A DNA stretch of 64,000 nt from Macrostomum lignano. Taxonomy: Eukaryota. The DNA is taken from the NCBI GenBank assembly GCA_002269645.1, contig NIVC01001279.1, positions 248,001 through 312,000 of the forward strand, in the 5' to 3' direction. The notes beneath the pieces were generated by a model. It was not told the DNA's origin. It did no database searches and was given only the letters and a program-made list of their open reading frames with translations. Position 1 is the stretch's first letter. Each line of letters begins with the position of its first letter. Positions 37,246 to 49,500 of the stretch are shown one piece after another. Made by a program: the position numbers and the translations under genes.

Positions 37246-39078
37246 TTAACTGGTCGCTTTCTCGGACGGCTGACCGATTGGAGGCCGCATGCTCGACCGT
37301 TTCCTTGACACCCGCCACCAACCTTGAAGACGCGCTCTGTCGCCGTCGGACGCCCGGCCCATAAAGTTTGGCAGTTGCCGCTGCTGCTGGCGCTGCTGCT
37401 GCTGTTCAGCTGCAGTCGCCGGCCCGCAGACCAGGCGTCGTCTGGCCTGATCGTCTCGGATCCGGTCCGGTCTCTGAGTCTGTCGCCAGTATTGCTTATA
37501 GCTGCTGGTGCTCCACCTTCGAATCGGCTGATGCTGCTGTTGCTGTTGCGGTGGCATCGGTCCCAGGCGGTCCCGCCTGGCCGCCCCCTCCATGAGATCG
37601 GCGTCGTCGAGTCGCATAGCGCGGCACATGAACTCCAGCTGCGACACCGGGTCTCGACTATCTACTCGGCGAAGATTCGTCACCACGAGCTCTTCGGACG
37701 ACTGACGACTCAAACTGGACGGCGGGCCGCGCAGTAAGACGCCAATCTCAAGCCTCGACGATTGATTCAGCTGCTGCTGTTGCAGCTGCAGGTCAGTCAG
37801 ACCCTGCGAGAAACTGCCGGCTCTGAAGCGGACGGCGGCTCGACGCATTCTCGGCGGCAGCGGCGGTGGCGACGTCTGATGGCCATTGTGTTGATGGTCC
37901 AGAGAATCTTTCTTCTGGCAAGGCTCCATGGCTGTGGGTACAGAAAACCTGACACCGGCTGAATGACGCTCCGGAAGCTTGTGCTGCTCCTGGTCCTGCC
38001 GTCGCATGGAAACAACACGCCTAGGATTCGTTCGATAGCTCGATGCCGCTCCAGTGGAAGTGGAAGTGGCCGAGTTATTTGCTGCTTGGCTGCCAGCCAT
38101 TTTTTTGGCTACCAATTCTGCTGGTCTGGGTCGTTCCACTGGGTGACTGCTAGCTGAGCTTTCATTCATAGCCACTGCTGCAGCATTATTCTGTTCACTG
38201 GAGTTTTCCGCCCCAGCAGGCTCTGTGCTGCAAGTACTTTTCTTGTCTGGTTGTTTGCAGCCAATAGGGGAGCTTGAATTCTGCTGTTCGCAAAGTGCCT
38301 GACCTGATTCGTTGTCATGGCAACTGCACTCGCACTGACTGGTTTTTTCTACCGAGACTGCCGACCAAAACTCGTCGCCGTATAGGGTCTCGAAAGACGA
38401 CCTGCGCTCCGGCTCCTTGGCCTGACGGTTTCGTCGCGTCAACGGCTCCAAGTAGGGGCTGCTGCGCTCCTCGACGAACTCGTTCGCCTCTTCGTCTGAA
38501 GTCAGAAGGTCTAGCGTCAGTCGTCGATACGTTCGACGCTTTGTCTGTCGTCGGTGTCTTGTCTTAGCTTGTTGGTAAAGTTTCTGCGATGATTGCTGTG
38601 TAGAATCGATCTTTTTAAAGTTCTTGGAAGCTAGCGTTCTGCTGACAGCAGTTGCAGAGATGTCGTTGGGCTGCTCCGGTTTTTTATTGGAAATCTTACT
38701 CACTGATTTTGTAGCTTCAGAGGGCCCTGTTGATACGCTCGGTCCTAATCCCATGGACTCCTTGCGGGCTAGGCCCACTAGTTGAGCAGCCATTTGAGCA
38801 TTGATGTCGGCCACCTTCTGCAGAAACTGACTGTCAGATGCTTCTTCCGCGTCAGACGCTGACTGAGCATCGCTGATGAAGGCTTGGTTGTGCTGGAATG
38901 TGTCTCCAAGCGAGCTCATGTCATCCTCCAGGCCTAGAAACAGTCTTTCGTCGAGGCTTGACAGTGATAGACTGGCGCCTCTGCGCAGATTGGACGTTGC
39001 AAGTCCTTCAGCACTTTTTGCGTCTTTTTGCTTGTGCTGTTGGAGCATTTCTGTCTCTGCGGCTTGTTCTGAAAGCAT
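37246..39078 (-). CDS. Uncharacterised 610-aa low-complexity protein (copy 2)
   Basis: ATG-initiated 1.8-kb open frame, GC-rich relative to flanks, with poly-Q tracts and many RRxS/T motifs. No recognised domain. Confidence 0.75.
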   Translation of the reverse strand: MLSEQAAETEMLQQHKQKDAKSAEGLATSNLRRGASLSLSSLDERLFLGLEDDMSSLGDTFQHNQAFISDAQSASDAEEASDSQFLQKVADINAQMAAQLVGLARKESMGLGPSVSTGPSEATKSVSKISNKKPEQPNDISATAVSRTLASKNFKKIDSTQQSSQKLYQQAKTRHRRQTKRRTYRRLTLDLLTSDEEANEFVEERSSPYLEPLTRRNRQAKEPERRSSFETLYGDEFWSAVSVEKTSQCECSCHDNESGQALCEQQNSSSPIGCKQPDKKSTCSTEPAGAENSSEQNNAAAVAMNESSASSHPVERPRPAELVAKKMAGSQAANNSATSTSTGAASSYRTNPRRVVSMRRQDQEQHKLPERHSAGVRFSVPTAMEPCQKKDSLDHQHNGHQTSPPPLPPRMRRAAVRFRAGSFSQGLTDLQLQQQQLNQSSRLEIGVLLRGPPSSLSRQSSEELVVTNLRRVDSRDPVSQLEFMCRAMRLDDADLMEGAARRDRLGPMPPQQQQQHQPIRRWSTSSYKQYWRQTQRPDRIRDDQARRRLVCGPATAAEQQQQRQQQRQLPNFMGRASDGDRARLQGWWRVSRKRSSMRPPIGQPSEKATS

Positions 39079-39881
39079 GACGGGGAATTTTTCTGGAAGC
39101 GTTATGGGAAACGTACTTTACTAGAGTCTAGAGATACTGAATATGGTATAGTTGGACGCATGCTACACAGTCCACGAGTGATTTTATATTACACGCTCGT
39201 ATACTCGGCATATTTAGCTAGCTCAATAAAAGTTGCACCTGCTCATTTGCTCGCAAGGTGTCAGACCGCACATGCTCGATCAAGCATTAGGGACCGAGAC
39301 ACGTTGCGACGCACCTGACACAGGTGAAAGATATCTCCCTGACGAATGTATAATAGCGAGTCTAATTACTTCAGTATTTCACTGAAATAATTTTCGCTCT
39401 GAATGAGAGACGAGTTCAGAGACGAAACTGAAACTTGTATAGAATGTTGCCAAGAATTTTGCCTTATACCAAACAGAGGACCCAACCCGAGCTTCAGTCA
39501 GACTGAGGGCCATTCTGCAGCTACTCGAAGCTAAGTGGACTGTTTCTAATGCGCACTTTCGGCAAATTAAAAAGGAATGAGAGAGCCAGGGCAATGCATT
39601 TTAGTAGCATGCATACCGAATCCTGAGTGCCTACTCTGAGTTGCAAGAGCTTTCCTCTTAAGTAATAATCTTTTGATTCTTCGAATCATTATAATGCTTG
39701 AAAAATTCCAAACTTCCTTTCTTTATACACTATTACGAGCGTATATTGGGTTTGGAATTAAATCAATTTGAAGTCAGTCGATCTACAACAAAAATGGATT
39801 CACAATTGGACTGGAGTAAAAGCGCAAAATTCTGAGGGAAAAGTAAGAATAGTTCTTGTTGTTAAAAATCTAATATGAGAG

Positions 39882-40500
39882 GGAAGGGAGACGAGAGAAG
39901 AGCGAGAGCGAGAGCGAGAAGGAAAGGGGGAGAGGGAAAGGGAGAGGGAGAGGGAGAGGGATAGAATAGAGTAGGAGAAGTAGAGAATAGAGTAGATGAG
40001 GGATAGAGTAGAGTAGGTGAGGGAGAGAGTAGAGTAGATGAGGGATAGAGTAGAGTAGATGAGGGATAGAGTAGAGTAGGTGAGGGAGAGAGTAGAGTAG
40101 ATGAGGGATAGAGTAGAGTAGATGAGGGATAGAGTAGAGTAGGTGAGGGAGAGAGTAGAGAGGTGAGGGATAGAGTAGGGTAGGTGAGGGAGAGAGTAGA
40201 GTAGGTGAGGGAGGGAGTAGAGAGGTGAGGGATAGAGTAGGGTAGGTGAGGGAGAGAGTAGAGTAGGTGAGGGATAGAGTAGAGTAGGTGAGGGAGAGAG
40301 TAGAGTAGGTGAGGGAGAGAGTAGAGTAGGTGAGGGAGAGAGTAGAGTAGGTGAGGGAGGGAGTAGAGTAGGTGAGGAAGAGAGTAGAGTAGGTGAGGGA
40401 TAGAGTAGAGTAGGTGAGGGAGAGAGTAGAGTAGGTGAGGGAGAGAGTAGAGTAGGTGAGGGAGAGAGTAGAGTAGGTGAGGGAGAGGGTACAGAAGGAA
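39882..40500 (+). repeat. Purine-rich ~21-bp minisatellite (gagagtagagtaggtgaggga)
   Basis: Direct reading. Confidence 0.93.
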
Positions 40501-41264
40501 AGGCAGATTCGGAAGTTGATCAAAGGAGAAAATGAGTTTGAGAAAGGAGAAGTAGGTTTTTAGGAATTATTTCTTACTTTTGAACAACGTTACAAGAAAT
40601 TTAGCAATAAAAATCGTACCTGGAATAACTTCAATATCGAATAACTACAAGTAGCTGATCCAGATCAGTATTCCAAGCTATACACTATATACCATGATAT
40701 ACAGTTGCTAACCAAGGGAAACTGGTCAGCATTCCACCACCAATCCTTTGGTTAAATCGTTCGCATGCAGATCCAACCCAGATGCCGAATGGTTCAACCC
40801 CCAGACTGTACAGACAGACAGAACTGGTGGGCAGAAAGGAACCAAGAAGATAGGCTGGGAGCGAATGATGGAGATGCCACGGGCTCGGAGTGCCGCCATG
40901 TTCGATACTATTCAAGCCCTGTGGTTGGCTGTTCCACCTCTTTAATACCTCCTCTCTCTCTTCTCTCCTCTCTCCTCTCTCCACTTCTCTCTCCTTTAAA
41001 TTTCCTGGCTCCCCTAGAAGCAGATTTTGTCACAAGAACACCTTGAGGGACTTTCTAGCAAATGGCCCCTCCTGTGGGGCTTCGGGGGAATCCAATCCCA
41101 ATTTCAAGTTTTTAAGGAGACTTGTAGCAACAAAGAACTTTTCGAATACACATAGGACAGCATAAACTGAATCTCTTGTTGGCTCAGGCGAGTCAGCCGC
41201 AGTTGCGGTGAATCCTTAGTTGTCAGCTGCCGTCTTTCCTGCTCCTCTTTCACTCACGCCTCTG

Positions 41265-42340
41265 CTCCCTGTCCTGTCCTGTGTGTCCTGTCCTGTCCTG
41301 TCCTGTCCTGTCCTGTCCTGTCCTGTCCTGTCATGTCCTGTCCTGTCCTGTCCTGTCCTGTCCTGTCCTGTCCTGTCCTGTCCTGTCCTGTCCTGTCCTG
41401 TCCTGTCCTGTCCTGTCCTGTCCTGTCCTGTCCTGTCCTGTCCTGTCCTGTCCTGTCCTGTCCTGTCCTGTCCTGTCCTGTCCTGTCCTGTCCTGTCCTG
41501 TCCTGTCCTGTCCTGTCCTGTCCTGTCCTGTCCTGTCCTGTCCTGTCCTGTCCTGTCCTGTCCTGTCCTGTTCTGTCCTGTCCTGTCCTGTCCTATCCTG
41601 TCCTGTCCCGTCCTGTCCTGTCCTGTCCTGTCTTGTGCTGTTCTGTCCTGTCTTGTCCTATTCTGTCCTGTCTTGTGCTGTTCTGTCCTGTCTTGTCCTA
41701 TTCTGTCCTGTCTTGTCCTGTCCTGTCTTGTGCTGTTCTGTCCTGTCTTGTCCTATTCTGTCCTGTCTTGTCCTGTCCTGTCTTGTGCTGTCCTGTCCTG
41801 TCTTGTCCTATTCTGTCCTGTCTTGTCCTGTTCTGTCTTGTGCTGTTCTGTCCTGTCCTGTCTTGTCCTGTCCTGTCTTGTCCTGTCCTGTCTTGTGCTG
41901 TTCTGTCCTGTCCTGTCTTGTCCTGTTCTGTCCTGTCCTGTCCTGTCCTGTCCTGTCCTGTCCTGTCCTGTCCTGTCCTGTCCTGTCCTGTCCTGTCCTG
42001 TCCCGTCCTGTCCTGTCCTGTCCTGTCTTGTGCTGTTCTGTCCTGTCTTGTCCTATTCTGTCCTGTCTTTTGCTGTTCTGTCCTGTCCTGTCCTGTCCTG
42101 TCTTGTGCTGTTCTGTCCTGTCCTGTCCTGTCCTGTCCTGTCCTGTCCTGTCCTGTCCTGTCCTGTCCTGTCCTGTCCTGTCCTGTCCTGTCCTGTCCTG
42201 TCCTATCCCGTCCTGTCTTGTGCTGTTCTGTCCCGTCCTTCCCTGTCCTGTCCTGTCCTGTGTGTCCCTCCTATCCTATTCTGTCCTATTCGTCCTGTCC
42301 TGCCTTCTCCTGTCCTGTCTTGTGTCCTGTCCTGTGCTTT
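41265..42340 (+). repeat. (TCCTG)n pentanucleotide array with an internal 40-bp higher-order variant block
   Basis: Direct reading. tcttgtgctgttctgtcctgtcttgtcctattctgtcctg recurs from ~41631. Confidence 0.96.
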
Positions 42341-42754
42341 CTCCCTTGTTTTATCTTGCCCGCCCTGTTATTTTCTCTGACACAATCATTGCAGCTACTG
42401 GGCAGTTAGTTGAAAATACACAGGCAAATTCGAGCGTACACGGAAAAGCAAAATCTATGCATATATTGTTATTTTAAACGAGATGCCCCTGCTGCTACAG
42501 CCGCAATATCTGTTAGCTAGGGGCTTCGATCTGGAGCTGTCCGGGCTTCTGCACCTCGATTTGTAGTAGATGGCAGGTAGATGGATAGATACATCGCATA
42601 GATCAGGTGCTGCTGTGCTAATTTGATTGACAAGTTGTTCTGGCTCAACCTTTGGCTTGCTTTGCCTTTTGTTTATTTTTTTGCTATCAGTCGAGTTGTG
42701 AAAACAAGAAATATGGGAATGGGATGGTTAATGGGGGAATGTATTTGGGACAGT

Positions 42755-43400
42755 GAGAGGGAAAAGAAGGTGAGAGGGAGGGAGGAAGAGAGGGAGAGAG
42801 GGAGAGAGGGAGAGGGGGAGAGGGAGAGGGGGATAGGGTGAGGGGAAGAGGGGGATAGGGTGAGGGGGAGAGGGAGAAGGGGAGAGGGAGAGGGAGACAG
42901 AGAGAGAGAGAGGGAGAGAGGGAGTGAGGGATAGAGGGAAAGGGGGTGAGGGGTGAGAGAGGGAGACAGAGAGAGAGAGAGGGAGAGAGGGAGTGAGGGA
43001 GAGAGGGAAAGGGGGTGAGGGGGTGAGAGAGGGAGACAGAGAAAGAGAGAGAGGGAGAGAGGGAGTGAGGGAGAGAGGGAAAGGGGGTGAGGGGGTGAGA
43101 GAGGGAGAGAGAGAGAGAGAGAGGGCACCTCCAATCTCAGGCCCTGACACGGTAGAAAAGACTGACAAAAGTCAATTTAGTTGGATTGCCGATATTTCGA
43201 ATTAGGTAAATTCTTCTTCTGGGCTGGAAGCGAGAGGGGGAGAGGAAAATAGGGAGAGAGAGTGGGGGACAGAGAGAGAGGGGGGAGAGAGGGAGAGAGG
43301 GAGAGATGGAGGAGGGGTGAGAGGGAGTGAGGAGAGGGAGAGCGGGAGGGGAAAGAAATAGAGAGATAGAAAAGATCGAGAGAAGGAAAATGATAGAGAG
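42755..43400 (+). repeat. GA-rich low-complexity repeat (two blocks)
   Basis: Direct reading. Confidence 0.9.
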
Positions 43401-43974
43401 TGCATAGTGAGGCCAGGCACTGAGATTTTGTCTGAATGCCTCAGGCGAGTTTTAACTTTTTAAATTTTAACTTTTACGCTCATAATTTGCTGTATTCAGT
43501 CGGCTGATTAAACGAGTAAAGTCTACTACAAAAAACCACACAATTCACACTATTCAGTATAGTGTGAATTTTAAAATAAAGTAAAATGAACGCACAGCCG
43601 CATCAGTGCAGCGCCGACTGCACTTTTATAAGCCGTCAGTTTCTTGTTCGTCTACACTGCACTTGCCCGACAGACCTTTCTCGTCTTCGCAAGGTAGACA
43701 GACAGGAGCTACCTTTGGTCGAATCTCTGCAGCAGCGCCTTGGTGACCATATCTTACTTGCTGGCATTGATCTGAGGCCTGGCGTCTCTTGCGTTTTGAT
43801 AGACTGGGCTGGTTTTGTGACTTGCCATGGAAAGGTCGAATAATGTTGGGATTCGGATTAAATAGCACCTATGGATTAGAGGGTACATGGGAGAGAGAGA
43901 AAGTGAAACTCAATGAAGTAAATGATGAAGTTAATGTCTGTGAATAAAGAGTCAGAAGGGAGAAAATAGTTACA

Positions 43975-44275
43975 TGGAGGAGAGTGTCAGAGAAGAGAGT
44001 CAGGAGAGAGTGTCAGAGAAGTGTGTCAGAAGAGAGTGTCAGATAAGAGTCAAGAGAGAGTGTCAGATAAGAGTCAAGAGAGAGTGTCAGATAAGAGTCA
44101 AGAGAAAGTGTCAGATAAGAGTCAAGAGAGAGTGTCAGATAAGAGTCAAGAGAGAGTGTCAGATAAGAGTCAAGAGAGAGTGTCAGATGAGAGTCAAGAG
44201 AGAGTGTCAGATAAGAGTCAAGAGAGAGTGTTAGATAAGAGTCAAGAGAGAGTGTCAGACAAGAGTCAGGAGAAG
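43975..44275 (+). repeat. 24-bp minisatellite (gataagagtcaagagagagtgtca)
   Basis: Direct reading. 8-aa periodic translation. Confidence 0.93.
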
Positions 44276-44437
44276 TATTGGATATTAAATTCGTTTTTCA
44301 CATTTGAAAAAGGATATTTAACTATTTTAGACTTTCTTTTATAAAAATAAATATTTTGATATATTCGGTATACTACTTAGTGAGTAGTTACGTTAAATTT
44401 GACCTTCAAACGTGCATCAGAGCATTTATCAAATCAC

Positions 44438-44592
44438 AGAGATCACTCTGAGAGATCACACTAGGAGATCACACTAGGATATCACACTGAAAGATCACAC
44501 TCGGAGATCACACTGAGAGGTCACACTGAGAGATCACACTGAAAGATCACACTCGAAGATCACACTGAGAGATCACACTGAGAGATCAAACT
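44438..44592 (+). repeat. 11-bp minisatellite (gagatcacact)
   Basis: Direct reading. Confidence 0.9.
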
Positions 44593-45044
44593 GTGTACTT
44601 AAGCAATAGCAGCAGCAGGTGTGCGACACAGCAAGCACACAGTCTCAAGTACATACCAAAAATTTGTCCTGAAGTCCAGGGTAGCATAGAAATTTACACC
44701 TATCTGAAACTCTGTCTTTGCACTTGAATTCGGTAGCGGTGAGTGGAAATGCCCTTATACTTTCTGCAGCACCCAAAGCACACTTTGAAATGGCTATTTT
44801 TTTTCGAGAGAGTGGGGGGACTGGAATCGATGATAGTCATTGCGAAGAAAGGAGGACTTGGTGTTTGTAGTGTACTGGAATTCTGTCTGGCATAATTCCA
44901 CTTTGAGTTCATTGGCCAACTGCCAAGGTGACTGTACCTGTATTTGAATAGCTTAGGTTTGAGGACTACTGAGCATATTAGACTTCTAAGATATGGATTG
45001 GAGGCCAAGCTTCGAATGGAGGCTGGTCAATTAAAAAAACATAC

Positions 45045-46075
45045 TTATCTACTGTACCTACCTACAAACCTACCTATCTAGCTACCCTACCCTTCCCACC
45101 TATGAATACGTAACAACCTACCTTTCCAGCTACCCTACCTACCTACCTACCTACCCTACCAACCTACCTACCTACCTACCTACCTACCTACCTACCTACC
45201 TACCTACCTACCTACCTACCTACCCTACCAACCTACCTACCTACCTACCTACCTACCTACCTACCTACCTACCTACCTACCTACCTACCTACCCTACCTA
45301 CCTACCTACCCTACCTACATACCAACCTACAAAGCAATCAACCTACCTACGAACCTACATATCTATTAACCTACCTACCTACTAATCTAGCTACCTGCTA
45401 ACCTACCGACCTACTAATCTAACTACCTACTAACCTACCTAACCTACTAATCTAACTACCTGACTAGCCTACCGACCTACTAATCCAACTACCTACTAAC
45501 CTACCTAACCTACTAATCTAACTACCTGACTAGCCTACCTACCAGTACCTACTAATCTAGCTACCTACTAACCTACCTAACCTACTAATCTAACTACCTG
45601 ACTAGCCTACCTACCTACTAATCTAGCTACCTACTAACCTACCGACCTACTAATCTAACTACCTACTAACCTACCTAACCTACTAATCTAACTACCTGAC
45701 TAATCTACCTACCTACTAATCTAGCTACCTACTAACCTACCGACCTACTAATCTAGCTACCTACTAACCTACCGACCTACTAATCTAGCTACCTACTAAC
45801 CTACCTAACCTACTAATCTAACTACCTACTAGCCTACCTACCTACTAATCTAGCTACCTACTAACCTACCTAACCTACTAATCTAACTACCTACTAGCCT
45901 ACCTACCTACTAATCTAACTACCTACTAACCTACCTACTAATCTAACTACGTACTAACCTACCTACTAATATAACCTACCTTACCTACTAACTTACCTAC
46001 CAATTATCTACCTACCTACTCAGCCACATTCCCAACCTACCTAATTACCTACCTACCCCTACTTACCAATCTAAC
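45045..46075 (+). repeat. (CCTA)n microsatellite grading into longer composite units
   Basis: Pure cctacctac at 45140-45310, then units such as ctaatctagctacctactaacctacctaaccta. Confidence 0.93.
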
Positions 46076-46572
46076 CACCTATATAATACAAGTTCCGACA
46101 TTATTGGTTCTTTTCCTCTAGTCCAGATATCGCTGTACATAAGCAGTCTCTGGAGCTTGGACATTATAGCTAGCTAGGGCTGACGCTTCCTCAATTTGCA
46201 TTGAGCTGGATTAGGCCAAAGAGACGCAGATCTCTATTGGTTGAAAGTAATGACCTTGCAGTGAACCTTGCCCACCCACCTCAGCATATCGTGCTCGCAC
46301 ATTTGAGCTGTTAAACCCCCAATCGATCAGCGCTCGCGGAAGCCCCTGACAAACCTCTTTTCTCTCTCTAACCCTGTGTACCTCCTCATTCTCGTCCATT
46401 TTGCTGAGCAGTGGTCTCACACTGCTTAAATACACATGGCTACAAATGCTGTATGAACCAAATACCAGTAAAGCAACTGTTGATAGAATATTTATTAAAA
46501 TTAACCTGGGCATTGAGGTTGCGTTAGTAATTGAATCCGACAATGCTGAGCTAATAGGAAGGTGCTGTCACA

Positions 46573-49500
46573 ATGACCGAGGACAAATCCAGACAGAGCC
46601 GTTCGGGCACTCTTCTGTCAGCATCGAATCAGTCAAGACAACAGCAGCAGCAGCAGCAGCCAAAGCTCCTATCACTCGGATTCGTTCACTTCACTGGCGG
46701 AATTGACACCGGTTCGCGTCCGGTGGTCTGCTTCCCCCCGAGACAAATTATTCGAATGCATTTGAACAGCGTTGGGAGCCCCGAACTGGCCAGCATTGTC
46801 GAATATCTGGTGTCCATTGCGCCTAGCGAAGTGTCGATGTCGACTGAGACCGGTTCAAATCGGCGGACTCATCGAGGACTGGCGTTTCTGGCCGACTTCA
46901 GAGCGTGCTCTCAGTCGATATTTCGGATTGTCATTGACGCCTTGGATAGTGTTCAGGTGCAGTTGGTTGCCTAATGGGCTTGGCTTGGCATATCTTTGAG
47001 TAGTGTCGGGTGGCATTTTCCATAATTTAGGGTCATGTTTTAGGGTATATTCTGTGGTTTTAGGTAGTTTAGTCTGAATTTTTTAGGTAGTTTAGGGTGA
47101 TGTTTTAGGTAGTTTAGTCTGAATTTTTAAGGTAGTTTAGGGTGGAAGTTTTAGAGCGGTTCTGGGCGGAATTTTTTAGTAGTTTTGTTGGTGTTGATGG
47201 ATCTTTAGGGCGGTATTTTGGGTAGTTAAGTATGAAATTTTAGGCTAGTACTAGCAATATAGTGCCCCCCTTCGGGGCGCGCAATAAGCAAGGAGCAAAA
47301 ATTTTTGATGCAAATCTATTATAAAGCACATTTTCTTAAGAACCAATTCCTTCTTCAGTTTTATAAATCACCTTACTCGTGTAAAATTGTCATGGACAAA
47401 GATGTTTGCTAAGAATACGAGCTATCTTTTTTTGTAAAAATAACAAAAATACAACAAAAAAGCCTTTACAAAGATAACACACACTTTTGTCTAAATAGAA
47501 TGTTTCCCCCAGACCGCAAGCATCCCCCCAAATAGCAACCATTCGCCGATAGCAAGCACCCCTCTCCCATATCCCAAATAGTATGGGTGGAATTTTCGGG
47601 TAGGCTATGGTGGTATTTTTGAGTAGTTTGGTGGCATTTTCGGGTAGTTTAGGGTGATATTTTAGGTAGCTTTGGTGACATTTTCGGTATATTAAGGTGG
47701 TACAAGTATTTTGGGTTATTTAGGGTAATGTTGTAAGGTAGTTAAAATCAATAACCTACCTTAAGGCGATGTTCTGGGAAAGTCAAGGGTGGCACACGTT
47801 TAGTTATAGCACATATCTGAATCAAAAATATTCAATCAAAGATCAACGTTGACGCTATGCGAAGCCTTCTGTACCGTCGTACTATAGACTGGAGGCAGTT
47901 AGAAGGCAAGATTGTCTTTTCTTGACAGAGCTGCTCAAAAATTTTTTCTGCGCGACTTTGTTTGTCAAATCAAAGTGTGACAAAAATTATTCACTCTTGG
48001 CCGTTCAATTTTCTCACTTCCTGTGTGCTTTTCTGAGTAAGCCAAACTTCATGACTTTGTACCTTGTCCAGACAGGTGGAGTTTAGCAATAAAAAATGAC
48101 AAAAGGTATAGCCAAAACAAAAGCCAAATAGAGAAATATAGCTCTCCATACGGCAATCTTTAGTATAGATGGACTATCGTTGCAAGCTCACGTGGAATTT
48201 ATTTGGGGCTTTAAATTCATTTGTGTGCACTAAAATGGACCTGCGGCTTGTCGCGAGACCATGGTTGTGGGACGATGTTGATGTTTCATCAAATCAATTT
48301 CCTTTTGAAAATATTCTGCCACTCCCACTTCAACAGCTGAAGCGATAGTGAAATCACTTTTCTATTTTTACCATAAATTGCAGTCTCGTTCACCTGGCAG
48401 CGTCGCCGTGTTCTACGCTCTGCTGCCGAGAAGCAAGGAGCTCGCCAAGAGTCTTCAAAAGATGCTCGGTCTCTACCAGAAGAAGACTTTGCTGCCTAGT
48501 AGAAAGTCGGCACCAGATCCGAATGCCAAGTCGTTTCAGGTTTGTTAGCTCGTAAATCATACAGAGATCTTTGATGATACTTTGATAACTGGACAGCAAA
48601 TTAATTCGATCAAAAACTTTTGAAAATTTTCAGAGCGTATTGTTGCCAAGCTCACAAGAACTTTATCAGTTTGTCAGCAAAGCCAACCTGATGCCGGACT
48701 TTGGCGGCACGTTAAACTATGATCACCAGGCCTGGATGAAGCTGAGAACTGTGAGGCATGATCTGCATAAATCCATTGCGTTTTTAATATTGATCAGGGG
48801 GGGGGGGTTGGGCGTCTCCTTGCCCTTTCCTCTTTGCAGTTCCCAAACGACAATATTTTTTTCTGGCGCCCTTGGTGCTAAAGCTCCTGGTTCTAAAGCT
48901 CCTGATGCTAAAGCCCGGGTGCTAAAGCTCCTGGTTCTAAAGCTCCTGGTGCTAAAGCCCGGGTGCTAAAGCTCCTGGTTCTAAAGCTCCTGGTGCTAAA
49001 GCCCGGGTGCTAAAGTCTCTGGTGCTAAATCTCCTGGTGCTAAAGCCCGGGTGCTAAAGCTCCTGGTTCTAAAGCTCCTGGTGTTAAAGCCCCTGATGCA
49101 AAAGTCCCTGGTGCTAAATCCCAGGTGCAAAAGCCCCTTGTGCTAAAGCCCCGGGTGCAAAAGCTCCTGGTGCTAAAGCCCCTGATGCTAAAGGCCCTTG
49201 TGCTAAAGCCCCTTGTGCTAAAGCCCCTGGTGCTAAAGCCCCGGGTGCTAAAGCCCCGGGTGCTAAAGCTCCTGGTGCTAAAGCCCCTGATGCTAAAGGC
49301 CCTTGTGCTAAAGCCCCTGATGCTAAAGCCCCTGGTGCTAAAGCCTTCTAAGACGCCCCTAAATTAGGAATCCTGATTATACGCCTCAGATGCTACTTCA
49401 GTAACTGCACGAAAATTAAGCTGACACATTACAAGTTTTCTAATAGACGCAGATGCCTCATTATGTAGTTTCTTACAAGCTGTTAACAATTTTATTGCAT

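Noticed and set aside
43586-45030. LINE C-terminal fragments (43586-43843 plus; ~44750-45030 minus) and a possible retroelement relic at ~54940-55300
   Set aside because: Only vague motif resemblance, too weak to call without a profile search.
47025-47790. Interstitial telomere
   Set aside because: Too degenerate, with no run of perfect TTAGGG units.
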